Positions 9,645-18,986 of a DNA stretch of 64,000 nt are shown piece after piece; within the stretch, counting starts at the first letter, position 1; each line of letters opens with the position of its first letter. Both the position numbers and the translations under genes were made by a program. The DNA is from a bacterium (GTDB taxonomy: Bacteria > UBA8248), in the NCBI GenBank assembly GCA_965203325.1, contig OZ241875.1, positions 2,368,001 to 2,432,000 on the forward strand, read 5' to 3'. Below the pieces are notes generated by a model that saw only the letters and a list, made by a program, of their open reading frames with translations, was not told the origin of the DNA and ran no database searches.

Positions 9645-10493
9645 ATGGCGCGCGGCGAAGAGCAGATCGGGCCGGGGATTCCCTCCTTCCCGGCGGCGCG
9701 CGGGGCGATGATGGTCCTGCTCGCGTTCAGCCTGTTCCCGATCGTCTGGATCATGCTCACCTCGGTGAAGAACGAGACCGCCATCTTCTCCATCCCGCCC
9801 AAGGTCTTCGTCACCCCGGATTTCTCCTCCTACTGGAAGTTCCTGGGCTTCGGAAACGAATCCGCACTCCGGTTCATCTGGAACAGCACCTTCATCGCGG
9901 TGGTGACGACCTTTCTGACGCTCCTGGTCTCCTCCCTGGCCGCCTACGCGTTCTCGCGCTACCGCTTCCGGGCGTCGAACTACCTGCTCTTCTTCATGCT
10001 GGCGACGCGGCTGCTGCCGCCCGTCACGGCGGTGGTTCCGCTCTATCTTCTGTTCCGCTATCTCCAGATACTCGATACGCGCTTCATCCTGATCCTCATC
10101 TACACCGCCTTGAACATCCCGTTCGGCACCTGGCTGATGAAGGCGTTTTTCGACGGCATCCCGAAAGAACTCGAAGAGGCCGCGGCTTTGGACGGCTGCG
10201 GCGCGCTGCGCACGCTGGCGCGGGTGACCTTCCCCCTCGCGTCATCGGGCATCGCGGCGACCTCCATCTTCGTCTTCCTGCTGGCCTGGAACGAGTTCAT
10301 GTTCGCGTTCATGCTGACGAACGTGTACGCGCGCACCATCCCCGTCCGGCTGGCGGAGACGATGGGCGAGATGCAGGTCTTCTGGCAGGACATGTCCACC
10401 CTGGCGACGCTGATCATGCTGCCCGCCCTGCTGGTGGGCTTTTTCATGCAGCGCTATCTCATCCGCGCCCTGACGGCCGGAGCGGTGAAGTGA
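9645..10493 (+). CDS. Carbohydrate ABC transporter permease
   Basis: ELEEAAALDG, AWNEFMFA. Confidence 0.92.
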   Translation: MARGEEQIGPGIPSFPAARGAMMVLLAFSLFPIVWIMLTSVKNETAIFSIPPKVFVTPDFSSYWKFLGFGNESALRFIWNSTFIAVVTTFLTLLVSSLAAYAFSRYRFRASNYLLFFMLATRLLPPVTAVVPLYLLFRYLQILDTRFILILIYTALNIPFGTWLMKAFFDGIPKELEEAAALDGCGALRTLARVTFPLASSGIAATSIFVFLLAWNEFMFAFMLTNVYARTIPVRLAETMGEMQVFWQDMSTLATLIMLPALLVGFFMQRYLIRALTAGAVK

Positions 10494-10538
10494 TGGATGT
10501 GTTGGGGGTCGAACGCGACCGGGGAGGGAGAATACTTC

Positions 10539-10709
10539 ACTTCCCCCTTGAGGGTCTGGCTTCCCGAGGGGAAAGCCAGACGATGAAGCCGAGCGGTTTG
10601 TGCGAAGGCTGAATCGGTGGGGGGAGATTTATTCTGTGACATGTCCCCCCACCGAATCGCTTGCGGGCTTACGCCCTTAGCTCTTCGACTCCCCCTCAAG
10701 GGGGGAGTG
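10539..10709. repeat. Palindromic MITE/REP-like element, copy C (inner loop inverted, extra hairpin)
   Basis: Flanks match copy A. Inner loop is the reverse complement of that in A/B. Extra TCTGGCTTCCC..GGGAAAGCCAGA hairpin in the left arm. Confidence 0.8.
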
Positions 10710-10868
10710 AAATTCAACGCGCTCCCTCAGGGGACTTTTTCAACAACCCCTTCAAGGGGGGGAGTGGTTGCCGGGCGCTCTGCATGGGAGAAGTAATCCC
10801 GCCCGGCCTGCAAGGCGTTTTTCACCAGCCGCGTTCGGGGCGCGGCACGCGATGATGGAGGAGTCGGT

Positions 10869-11945
10869 TTGGGCACGGTGAGTCTCGAGAACCTGAGCAA
10901 GCACTTCGGCAGCGTGCGCGCCGTGGACGGCATCGACCTCGAAGTCGCCGAGGGGGAGTTCCTCGTCTTGGTGGGGCCGTCGGGCTGCGGGAAGACGACG
11001 ACGCTGCGCATGGTGGCCGGCTTGGAGTTTCCCACCGACGGGGAGATCCGCGTCTCGGGCGAGCGCGTGAACGAGATTCCCGCCAAGGACCGCAACATGG
11101 CCATGGTGTTCCAGAACTACGCCCTCTACCCCCACATGACGGTCTACGAGAACATGGCCTTCGGCCTGCGCGTGCGGCGGTTTTCCGCGGGCGACATCGA
11201 CCGCCGCGTCAAGGAGGCCGCCGCCCTCATGGGGCTCGAAGACCTCCTCCACCGCAAGCCCCGCCAGCTCTCCGGCGGCCAGCGCCAGCGCGTGGCGGTC
11301 TGCCGGGCCATCGTGCGCGACCCGGTCGCTTTTCTTTTCGACGAGCCGCTCAGCAACCTGGACGCCAAGCTCCGCGTCACCGCCCGGGCGGAGATACGCA
11401 AGCTCCAGCGCCGCCTGGGCACGACCTCGGTCTACGTCACCCACGACCAGACCGAGGCGATGACGATGGGAGACCGCATCGTCGTCATGGACTTGGGAAA
11501 AATCCTGCAGGTGGGGCCGCCCATCGATCTCTACGACCGGCCCGTCAACCGCTTCGTGGCGGGGTTTCTGGGCAGCCCGGCCATGAACTTCATCGAGGGC
11601 CGCGCGCAGCGGGCGGAGGGCGGCCTCGAACTCGAAGCGGGCGCCCTGCGCTTCCCGCTGCCTCGGGCGTGCCGGGAGGGAGAGGCCTATGTTCTCGGCT
11701 TCCGCCCCGAGCACCTGGGCTTTCAGGACGCAGGCGCGCGCCCCGTCTCCGCCGAGGGCCGGGTGGAGCTCGTCGAGCCGCTGGGTTCGGACACCTTCGT
11801 CGCCCTCGATATCGACGGAATCGTCCTCACCGTGAAGGAAGAGGGCCATTTCCGCGCCCGGGTGGGCGAGAACATCCGGGTGTTCTTCGACATGGAAAAC
11901 GTCCACCCCTTCGACGGCGCTACCGGCGCGCGTGTGGAGGGGTGA
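10869..11945 (+). CDS. Sugar ABC transporter ATP-binding protein (MalK/UgpC-like)
   Basis: GPSGCGKT, LSGGQRQR, DEPLSNLD, VTHDQ, C-terminal TOBE region. Confidence 0.95.
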   Translation: MGTVSLENLSKHFGSVRAVDGIDLEVAEGEFLVLVGPSGCGKTTTLRMVAGLEFPTDGEIRVSGERVNEIPAKDRNMAMVFQNYALYPHMTVYENMAFGLRVRRFSAGDIDRRVKEAAALMGLEDLLHRKPRQLSGGQRQRVAVCRAIVRDPVAFLFDEPLSNLDAKLRVTARAEIRKLQRRLGTTSVYVTHDQTEAMTMGDRIVVMDLGKILQVGPPIDLYDRPVNRFVAGFLGSPAMNFIEGRAQRAEGGLELEAGALRFPLPRACREGEAYVLGFRPEHLGFQDAGARPVSAEGRVELVEPLGSDTFVALDIDGIVLTVKEEGHFRARVGENIRVFFDMENVHPFDGATGARVEG

Positions 11946-11989
11946 GGGGGGGACGAATTTCCCTCGTTCCACACCTTTCCCTCATAACA

Positions 11990-12110
11990 ATCCCTCTTCA
12001 CTCTGAGTAGTCCTGAGCTTGTCGAAGGACGTATCGAAGGGCGCTCCCCGGATCTTGATGCGGCTCCCTCGATACGGCGCGGGGGCGCGCCTACTCGGGA
12101 TGAGGGAGAT
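11990..12110. repeat. Palindromic intergenic repeat (CTGAGCTTGTCGAAGG type)
   Basis: CCCTC..CTGAGTAG / CTACTCGGGATGAGGG inverted ends, with inner GTATCGAAGG / CCCTCGATAC. Confidence 0.55.
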
Positions 12111-12350
12111 TTCCGCACGCGCACCCTCGCCGACGAATTTCTGAAAAATATGATTAATCATTGTCATGAACCCGGTGTCGGCGCGATAGTATGATTGGCT
12201 CCGTTTGTCTACGATAACATGTTGTTTATAATATTATATTTCTGTTATTCCGTACCCAGCTACCCCTTCCGTTTTCGCCAAATATCTGCTTGAATAGCCC
12301 CCGGTATGATGCCGCGCGTATGCGATTTGATTACAGATTCGGGAGGCGGG

Positions 12351-13319
12351 ATGCCGAAGCGAAGCGATCTGAAACTCACGAAGCGCACCGTCGACGCCCT
12401 GGAAGTGGATTCTAAAAACGCTCTTTTCTGGGACCGGGAGCTGGCGGGCTTCGGGGTGCGCGTCCACGCCACGGGCCGGAAGACCTGGGTGGTGCAGTCC
12501 CGGGGTCCCGGGGGTCCCAAGCGTCTGACGCTCGGCCGTCACGGGGAGTTGCCCGTCGACGAGGCCAGGAAACAGGCCGCCCACATCATCGCTCGCATCA
12601 AGGCGGGCGAGGAGGCGGTGCCCGAACCGATGAAGCCTGCGGGAGGCCCCACGGTAAATGAGGTGTGCGCGCGCTATCTCACGGAATACGTCTCCGTGCG
12701 GTGCAAGCCGGGCACCGCCGCGCTCTACCGCTCGGTGATCGACCGCCACGTCCTGCCCGCCCTGGGCAAGCTGCCGCTGGCTGCGCTCTCGCGCGCACAG
12801 GTGGCAGAATTCCATGAGAGTCTTTATGAGACGCCCGCGGTGGCGGCCATCCGGCTTCTGGCGCTTACCGGGTGCCGCAGGAGCGAGGTGCTCGGGCTGC
12901 GCCGCGAGGACGTGGCGCTCGAAGCGGCCGAACTCAGGCTGCCCGATTCCAAGACGGGCGCGCGGGCGGTCCCGCTCCCGCCGCAGGCGGTCGAGCTTCT
13001 CAGAAGTCTCCTGAGGGCCCACGACGGCCCCTGGGTCATGCCGGGCAGGAAGCCGGGGACGCGCTTAAGGAACATCGACGAGGCATGGCGAATGATAAGG
13101 GAGCACGCGGGCCTGGAGGACGTAAGGCTGCACGACCTGCGCCATTCCTGGACCTCGCGGGCGCTTGCGCTCGGCGAGGCGCTGCCCGTGATCGGGAAGC
13201 TCCTGGGCCACAGCAAGATGGAGACGACGGCGCGCTACGCGCACCTCGCGCGCGATTCGGCGCAGGAGGCGGCCGAGCGGGTCGCGCAGAGCATCGAGGC
13301 GGACATGCTGCAAGGATAG
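12351..13319 (+). mobile_element. Tyrosine recombinase/integrase with arm-type N-terminal domain; probable in-frame internal deletion near 12835
   Basis: WDRELAGFGVRV arm domain. Catalytic R (GCRRSE), K (DSKTG), HDLRH, LGH and Y (RYAH) all present. The core-binding domain runs straight into the catalytic helix (ETPAV|AAIRLL). Confidence 0.85.
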
Positions 13320-13719
13320 CGGGAGCGCAGCGAGCAGGCGGCGGAATACCGGCCACGCGGCCGCCTGCGTCGTGGTCGAGCGACTCCCGGCGTTTTTGTT
13401 CATGCACCTCTCCTCTTGTCCCGCTCGCCCGTCCTGCGTCATGCAGGCGGGAATCCGCACCGTACCTCCGACCAACTGTGCGGGACACGCATAACCGATG
13501 GGATGGACGCGCCCGATTGTTCGGCTTTCCAAACCTTCACCAACTCGCCGGAATACGCCTCGCCTTCCAAATCCGTAAAAGCATCCGGGGCTCACACGCA
13601 CACATTCCCCACGTCATCGACATCGAAGGTTCGGCCATCGGAGGGTCCGTTTCTATCGGAATGAAAACCGGAGTGCGTTCTGGTGGAGGTCCTGGTTTCA
13701 CCTCGAGCCTTCAGGGCGT

Positions 13720-14874
13720 TCAGAAGACACCCTCCCGGGTTTCGGCGAGCACCATATCCACCACGGAGCGCATGGCCTCTTCGCGGCTGTCGCCATTCAG
13801 GCGGCAAAGACGGAAATGATCGGCTTGCCGGTCCGCGCTGCTGCCCTCCCGGATGATGGTGAGCACGTGGCGCATTTCATCCTCGCACGCCAGCGCCCGG
13901 GCGTCGGGGGAGAGTTTCCCGATCAGCTCCGTTGCGTAGTCCTCGATGTCCACCCGCCCTCCGAGGTCCATGTCGCCCAGAAAGGCCAGCACGCCGTATC
14001 GCTGGGCGAGCCAGCGGTTCTCGGCGATAATCTCCGTGGGCGGCTCGGGCGGGAGGCGGCCCTCGCGGTCCAGGCGCGCCAGCCACCGGATCAGGGAGGC
14101 GTAGAGGGCGATGATGCTCGCTGCGTCCTCGAGGCGCGGGCAGGTATCGCATATGCGAAGCTCCAGCGTCGGGTGAGCGTGGGAGGGGCGGATGTCCCAC
14201 CACACTTCGCTGCCGTCCCTGATGACCTCGATGCGCCGGTAGTCTTCCACGATGCGGTCGTACTCCGCCCGGGTGCGCAACGGGCCGGGAATGCTGGTGC
14301 GCGGAAGCACGCCGAGGAGGTTCAGCCGCCAGGATTTCAAGCCGGTCTCGCCCCCGCCGTAGAACGGCGAGGACGTCGACAGCGCGTGGAAAAGGGGAAG
14401 GTATCTCCGCAGCGACGTCATGACCCGGATGCGCGATTCCGGGTCGCCGAAGCCGGCGTGGACGTGCATGGCGGTCAGGCAGATCCGGCGGAAGCTCTCC
14501 TGATAGGTGGCCGCGAACCGCTCGTAGCGCTCCTTCGGCGTGACCAGCTGCGTTCGCCATTGCGCGAAAGGATGCGTGGAGGCGGCCATCACGGCTGCGC
14601 CGTGCTCCTCGGCCGCCTCGATAACGACCCGCCGGGTCTCGCGCAGCGCCTCGCACGCCTCGGCCACCGAGCCGCAGACGCGTGTGTTGGTTTCGAGTTG
14701 GGCGCGAAGGAATTCGGGCACCACCTTGTGAGGGCCGCGCCTCCTCTCGCAGGCCGCGAGGATGCCCGGGTCGGGTTCGGCCAGAAGGTCGCGGGTGTCG
14801 GGGTCGACGAGAAACAGCTCCTCCTCCACCCCAAGAGTAATCTCCGGAACTTCCCGGTGCGCTGAGCCACTCAC
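13720..14874 (-). CDS. Carboxylate-amine ligase / glutamate-cysteine ligase family 2 (YbdK-like)
   Basis: TLGVEEELFLVD, QLETNT, MHVHAG, STSSPF, WWDIRPS, TLELRICD. Confidence 0.9.
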   Translation of the reverse strand: MSGSAHREVPEITLGVEEELFLVDPDTRDLLAEPDPGILAACERRRGPHKVVPEFLRAQLETNTRVCGSVAEACEALRETRRVVIEAAEEHGAAVMAASTHPFAQWRTQLVTPKERYERFAATYQESFRRICLTAMHVHAGFGDPESRIRVMTSLRRYLPLFHALSTSSPFYGGGETGLKSWRLNLLGVLPRTSIPGPLRTRAEYDRIVEDYRRIEVIRDGSEVWWDIRPSHAHPTLELRICDTCPRLEDAASIIALYASLIRWLARLDREGRLPPEPPTEIIAENRWLAQRYGVLAFLGDMDLGGRVDIEDYATELIGKLSPDARALACEDEMRHVLTIIREGSSADRQADHFRLCRLNGDSREEAMRSVVDMVLAETREGVF

Positions 14875-15608
14875 GATTCGCCGCCTCCATTCAGTGCGCA
14901 ATGCCGCCTTTCGGTGAATCTGGATATAGAAGAGCGAGTTGAAGACTCATGATACCTGGCAGGGCAGTGCTTGTCATGCCATGGCGCATCATAGCCGGCC
15001 ACTTCTGGGACGCGCCCCTCTCCGCTCACGCGGTAGCGCTCCAGCGTCTTGGGCGAGAGGCCGAGCCAGGCGGCCGCCTCCCGTGTGTCCAGGTGGCTCT
15101 CCTCCGCGCGCTCATCGACGTCTCCCGCGGCGCCGGGTTCCCCGGCGGCGTCCCACGTCCCGTCGAACGGATCGGAGAGGTCCGCGAGCCTCTCGCGTAT
15201 GGCGCGGATCTCCTCTCGGGTCGCGCCCGCCGCCATCCAGGCGCGCACCCGGTCGAAGGTCTTGAGATACGGCGAGACGCCCCGGCGCAGCCGCCCCACG
15301 AAGGAGGGGTTCCCCACGGTCTCCTCGCCCAGGATCGAGACCTTGGTCCCGCTCACCGCGAGAAACGCCTCGACCTCGGCCCGCAGGAGCGGTCTCAGGG
15401 GCGGGTACCCCATGAACGCGAGCACCCGGTCCGCCGTGTCGACCCGCAGGGGCCGCCCCCGGGCGTGCAGTCCCACGAAGCCGGGAACCCCCAGCGCGCC
15501 CACCCCGAAGCGCCTCGCGCTCATCCCGCGGCGCGCGCGCCAGAGCGCAATGCTCCGGCGCAGCCGCTCGTCCAGCGGGGTGCCGGTATCGTCGTCGAAC
15601 GCGGTCAT
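14871..15608 (-). CDS. Multi-HTH DNA-binding protein (two tandem HTH-like repeats plus an apparently truncated excisionase-like HTH)
   Basis: Repeats FVGLHARG..TADRVLAFM and FVGRLRRG..TFDRVRAWM, then LDTREAAAWLGLSPKTLERYRVSGEG, after which the sequence loses similarity. Confidence 0.6.
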   Translation of the reverse strand: MTAFDDDTGTPLDERLRRSIALWRARRGMSARRFGVGALGVPGFVGLHARGRPLRVDTADRVLAFMGYPPLRPLLRAEVEAFLAVSGTKVSILGEETVGNPSFVGRLRRGVSPYLKTFDRVRAWMAAGATREEIRAIRERLADLSDPFDGTWDAAGEPGAAGDVDERAEESHLDTREAAAWLGLSPKTLERYRVSGEGRVPEVAGYDAPWHDKHCPARYHESSTRSSISRFTERRHCALNGGGES

Positions 15609-16556
15609 GGCGCGCGAACATAAGGAAAGAACGAGCGCCCGTTCAATCGTTGTTTCTAGTGCGGAAGGTACACCCGGGAAGAGTCCGCGCCTGCGTCCGT
15701 GCGCGGATCGCTCATCGGTTCAGCCTGAAATCAAGGGGGTTTTCAAAGAAGCAAGGACGTAAAATGATACAGAAACAAACGCTACGGAAAAAAGGAACAA
15801 TGGCGCTCACACCGCAGTGGGCTGTTTCGCGAGTCGTCCCTGCGAATGACCGGCGATTGGCGGTGAACGGTATCTCGAACTGCCGCAGTTCGGGAACTGC
15901 TGTTACGGCTTGGCTGAATGATTGGCCCGAGCGCTCGTAATCGTTCAACCAAACCGTGACGGATTAGGTCTCAGAGCCAAACAGAGACGAGTTGACGGTG
16001 ACCTCTACGAGAAGAAAGTCGATGTCGGAATGCAGTCCATGCACCAAAGTTGCCTGAATGTTCTGCCGATTCGGGTGGTGGCAAAAATATTAGGCCGGGC
16101 AGTCACGTTTGGACAACCACCGAACCACCGCTGCCTGGATGCTTCCATCACGGCCTGCTTGAACGGTTACGCACGATGCTCCGGCAGGCACGCCCCGGGA
16201 TGCGCAGAGGCTTGATTCCCCTCATTTCCGTTTTGATTACTTGCTGCGAATGGTGGATTCCGAACGAGACCCGGGGGAAATGAATGCTTCTCAATGATAT
16301 CAACGGGATCAGGAGATTTTACAGCCGCTGAAAACCCCCCACTGCCTGAAAGCGGGCGCAATATTCAACTTAGATTTGAAAGCTCATCAAACTGTGTTCA
16401 CAAGTTTCTGCTCTATACATTCAAGACGCTACTTTGACTTCCACCACCTAACCCATGGAACTTGCGTGTGGCTTCTGAATCTTTGGCGATTATCCCCTTG
16501 ATAAACCCTTAATGCTATAGCAATGTCTTCTCTGCAATTTCCAGGAAGGAGATATT

Positions 16557-17112
16557 GTGAATATTGGAGAAGAAAATTGCGGTGAATATCTGCGCTGGTT
16601 CAAGGGCTGTGATTTCGTTCAATGCAATACAAAGCTTATAGATGCGCAAGGGGAAATAGATGTTGTAGGCATCAATCTTGCCGACAGAATTGTCTGCGCT
16701 TGCGAGGTCGCGACCCATTTGGTTCTCGGATTGCAATACGTCAAGAACAAAAGGCCGGATAATGTGGATCGGCTGACGAGAAAATTCGAGAAAGATTTTG
16801 ATTATCTGGAAAAATTATTTCCTGACTACGAAAAAACCATGATGCTATGGTCTCCCATCGTAAAAAACCAAAAGCCGGGTTCAAAATATAATCAGTGCGC
16901 TGATGTTCGAAGAATTGCCGACCGGGTCAAGAAAAGTAAGGGAGTTGCCGTACAAATTGTTCATAAACGAATCCTGCCAGGAAGTCCTGATGAAGCTCCG
17001 AGAAATAGCCGGCGGAGAAACGAAAGAACTCGGATCATTCATGCGCTACATGCAGATTGAAGAGTATCTAAAAAGGCATGTAGCAAGAATAAGCAAATCA
17101 GGGAGAAGATAG
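16557..17112 (+). pseudogene. Low-GC PD-(D/E)XK nuclease-like gene, frameshifted near 16960
   Basis: GEIDVVG...CEVATH nuclease-like motif. The C-terminus (INESCQEVLMKLREIA..) continues in another frame to the stop at 17112. Confidence 0.6.
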
Positions 17113-17346
17113 AAGTTATTTCTTGCCTGGCGGGCTTTTCTGATCAGACTTCTTTTCCGGTTTCGCTTGCATGAGCGCACCAACGAGAGAAGGAAAAGGC
17201 TTGTTGCCTATCTTTTGGGGAAGGGGAATTGTTTTGAACAGGGAGCAAGGCCCCAACCAACTCTAGAAAATAAAAGATGACCGGCATGAACCGGATCGCG
17301 TTGTAATTAAGTATAATTCCCTTTTCCGAAGCGTTCGGTGCCCGGG

Positions 17347-18357
17347 CTACTGGCGTTTCGCGCCGAAGGCCCCCACGATACCGTTCCTCCGGAATTCGCC
17401 ACCCACTTCCTGATGCCTGGGGCCGGTGAACATCCCGGTGATGTACTCGTTCCCGTCTCTCTCTCCAGTAAGTCCGCCGAACAAGCCGTCGTCCTGTATG
17501 CGAAGGTTCTCCCAACTCACGTCATCATGAGGGGTTCCCTCGGTGACGTTATGGATATTGGTGAATGAAACATCGACATCGGGAGCCGCGAGATCGTCGA
17601 TCGTGATCCGCGCGTCGCCGAGAAACACATCCGGCCCGCTCCGTAACAAAGCCAGGGCCCTGTCGGAGCCGGCTTCCGGGGATTCCATCCCGACCATGAC
17701 GCCCGCCCATGTGGCTGACCCCACGCCCGTGGGCGTCGTTCCGGAGTAACTGCCCGCCATGAAGCCGAAGGCAATTCCGTTTTCGTAGTCCGGAGCCGTT
17801 CCCGAACACCCTGCCACGCCGACCGAACACCAGCGGGAGACGGAAACGCGGAATTCCGTGTGATCGAGCCAACCGCCGTAGGTTAGAACATCCAAGAGAG
17901 TTGTCCGAGCTGTCTCCCCGGCTTCGAGCACCGGCAGGTTTCGGGTGATGCGGGCCTTGTATTCAGCGACAGGAACATCGTTGTGGTCCAGCACTGGAGC
18001 GAATTGCCGAGTGTTGTCCGGAGGCGGCTCCAGGTCGCACTCGCCGGGCGAGCATGGGTCAGTCTCTACCTGGACGGCCGATGCGGGGTTTGCGCCGATA
18101 CTGACAGGCCCCAGGATCACTCGGTGGGTAGACTTCCTCGTGGCCGCCCTCCAGGCCGTGGACACTTGTGCGCTTGTCATGCGAAGCGTTGGGTTGCCGT
18201 CTGCGAAGCGTTTCCACTTGTCCGATAGCGACATCTTGCTGTCATCGCCGTTGGGGCCGCCCATGGAAACCGTGCCGCCACCGCCGCATCCGGAGAGCGC
18301 CAACGCAAGCGCCACCACTATAGCGAGCGAAGAAACGCCTGGCCGCCGGGAATGCAA
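17347..18357 (-). CDS. Secreted lipoprotein with a transferrin-binding-protein-like C-terminal beta barrel
   Basis: Lipobox LSGC then GGGG; SATWAGVMVG; GMFTGPRHQEVGGEF..IVGAFGAKR. Confidence 0.75.
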   Translation of the reverse strand: MHSRRPGVSSLAIVVALALALSGCGGGGTVSMGGPNGDDSKMSLSDKWKRFADGNPTLRMTSAQVSTAWRAATRKSTHRVILGPVSIGANPASAVQVETDPCSPGECDLEPPPDNTRQFAPVLDHNDVPVAEYKARITRNLPVLEAGETARTTLLDVLTYGGWLDHTEFRVSVSRWCSVGVAGCSGTAPDYENGIAFGFMAGSYSGTTPTGVGSATWAGVMVGMESPEAGSDRALALLRSGPDVFLGDARITIDDLAAPDVDVSFTNIHNVTEGTPHDDVSWENLRIQDDGLFGGLTGERDGNEYITGMFTGPRHQEVGGEFRRNGIVGAFGAKRQ

Positions 18358-18526
18358 TTCCGAAACCCTCCTCGCACTTGCCGTAAAGAAGCCGCCTGAG
18401 GTCTTGCCGCCAACTTACTATCCCGCCGCGAACGCTGCAAGCAAATATCCGGCGGTATCGGGAACCTCTGTCGTGGTATGCGGGCACTCGCGATTGCTTC
18501 GCGCATCCCTCCGAATCAGCACCGGA

Positions 18527-18625
18527 CAGCTTGCGTTTGACGGCCCCTGCCACCCGCTCTGCCGCGTCTCTCGGCATCGCGTCGTCGAGATGGACGTAGC
18601 GGATAGTGGTGGAGGCGCGCCCTTC
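18527..18625 (-). pseudogene. C-terminal remnant of a second tyrosine integrase
   Basis: STTIRYVHLDDAMPRDAAERVA resembles ETTARYAHLARDSAQEAAERVA of the integrase at 12351. Confidence 0.65.
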
Positions 18626-18986
18626 CGGGAACATCACACTATGGCGAGATGACAACGTTTACCCGTGTCCGATTATTTTATACGTCTCCAAAGTCCGGCC
18701 CGCAACGACATGCGTCTGACCGATGCGAAGGCGGCGGCCGCACGAACATGGCCGCCCATCCTCCGCCTCCGGCCGGCAGATTCGCAAGTGCGGGCGCGCG
18801 CAAAGGCGTGAGCCTGTCGACGGGGACGGTGCGCGGCGGCGCGCCCGCCGATGAGGTTCTGGCGTATCTGCGCGCGGTGACGACCAACAAGCCGGCCAAT
18901 ACGGTCGGGTTCGGGACGCTTCGCGACCAGCCGGGGGACCGGAGTGCTGCCGCGCAACTGGCCGAGCGAGCTTGCCTGCTTTCGAT

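Noticed and set aside
8522..10612. Long alternative-frame or antisense ORFs (e.g. 8522-10612, 3063-4805, 18972-21317, 19291-21024, 28413-30032)
   Set aside because: They overlap well-supported genes and have Arg/Pro/Gly-rich or antisense-type composition, typical of shadow ORFs in high-GC DNA.
930..10770. CRISPR array
   Set aside because: The repeats are dispersed long palindromes, not regularly spaced direct repeats with unique spacers. No cas genes were seen.
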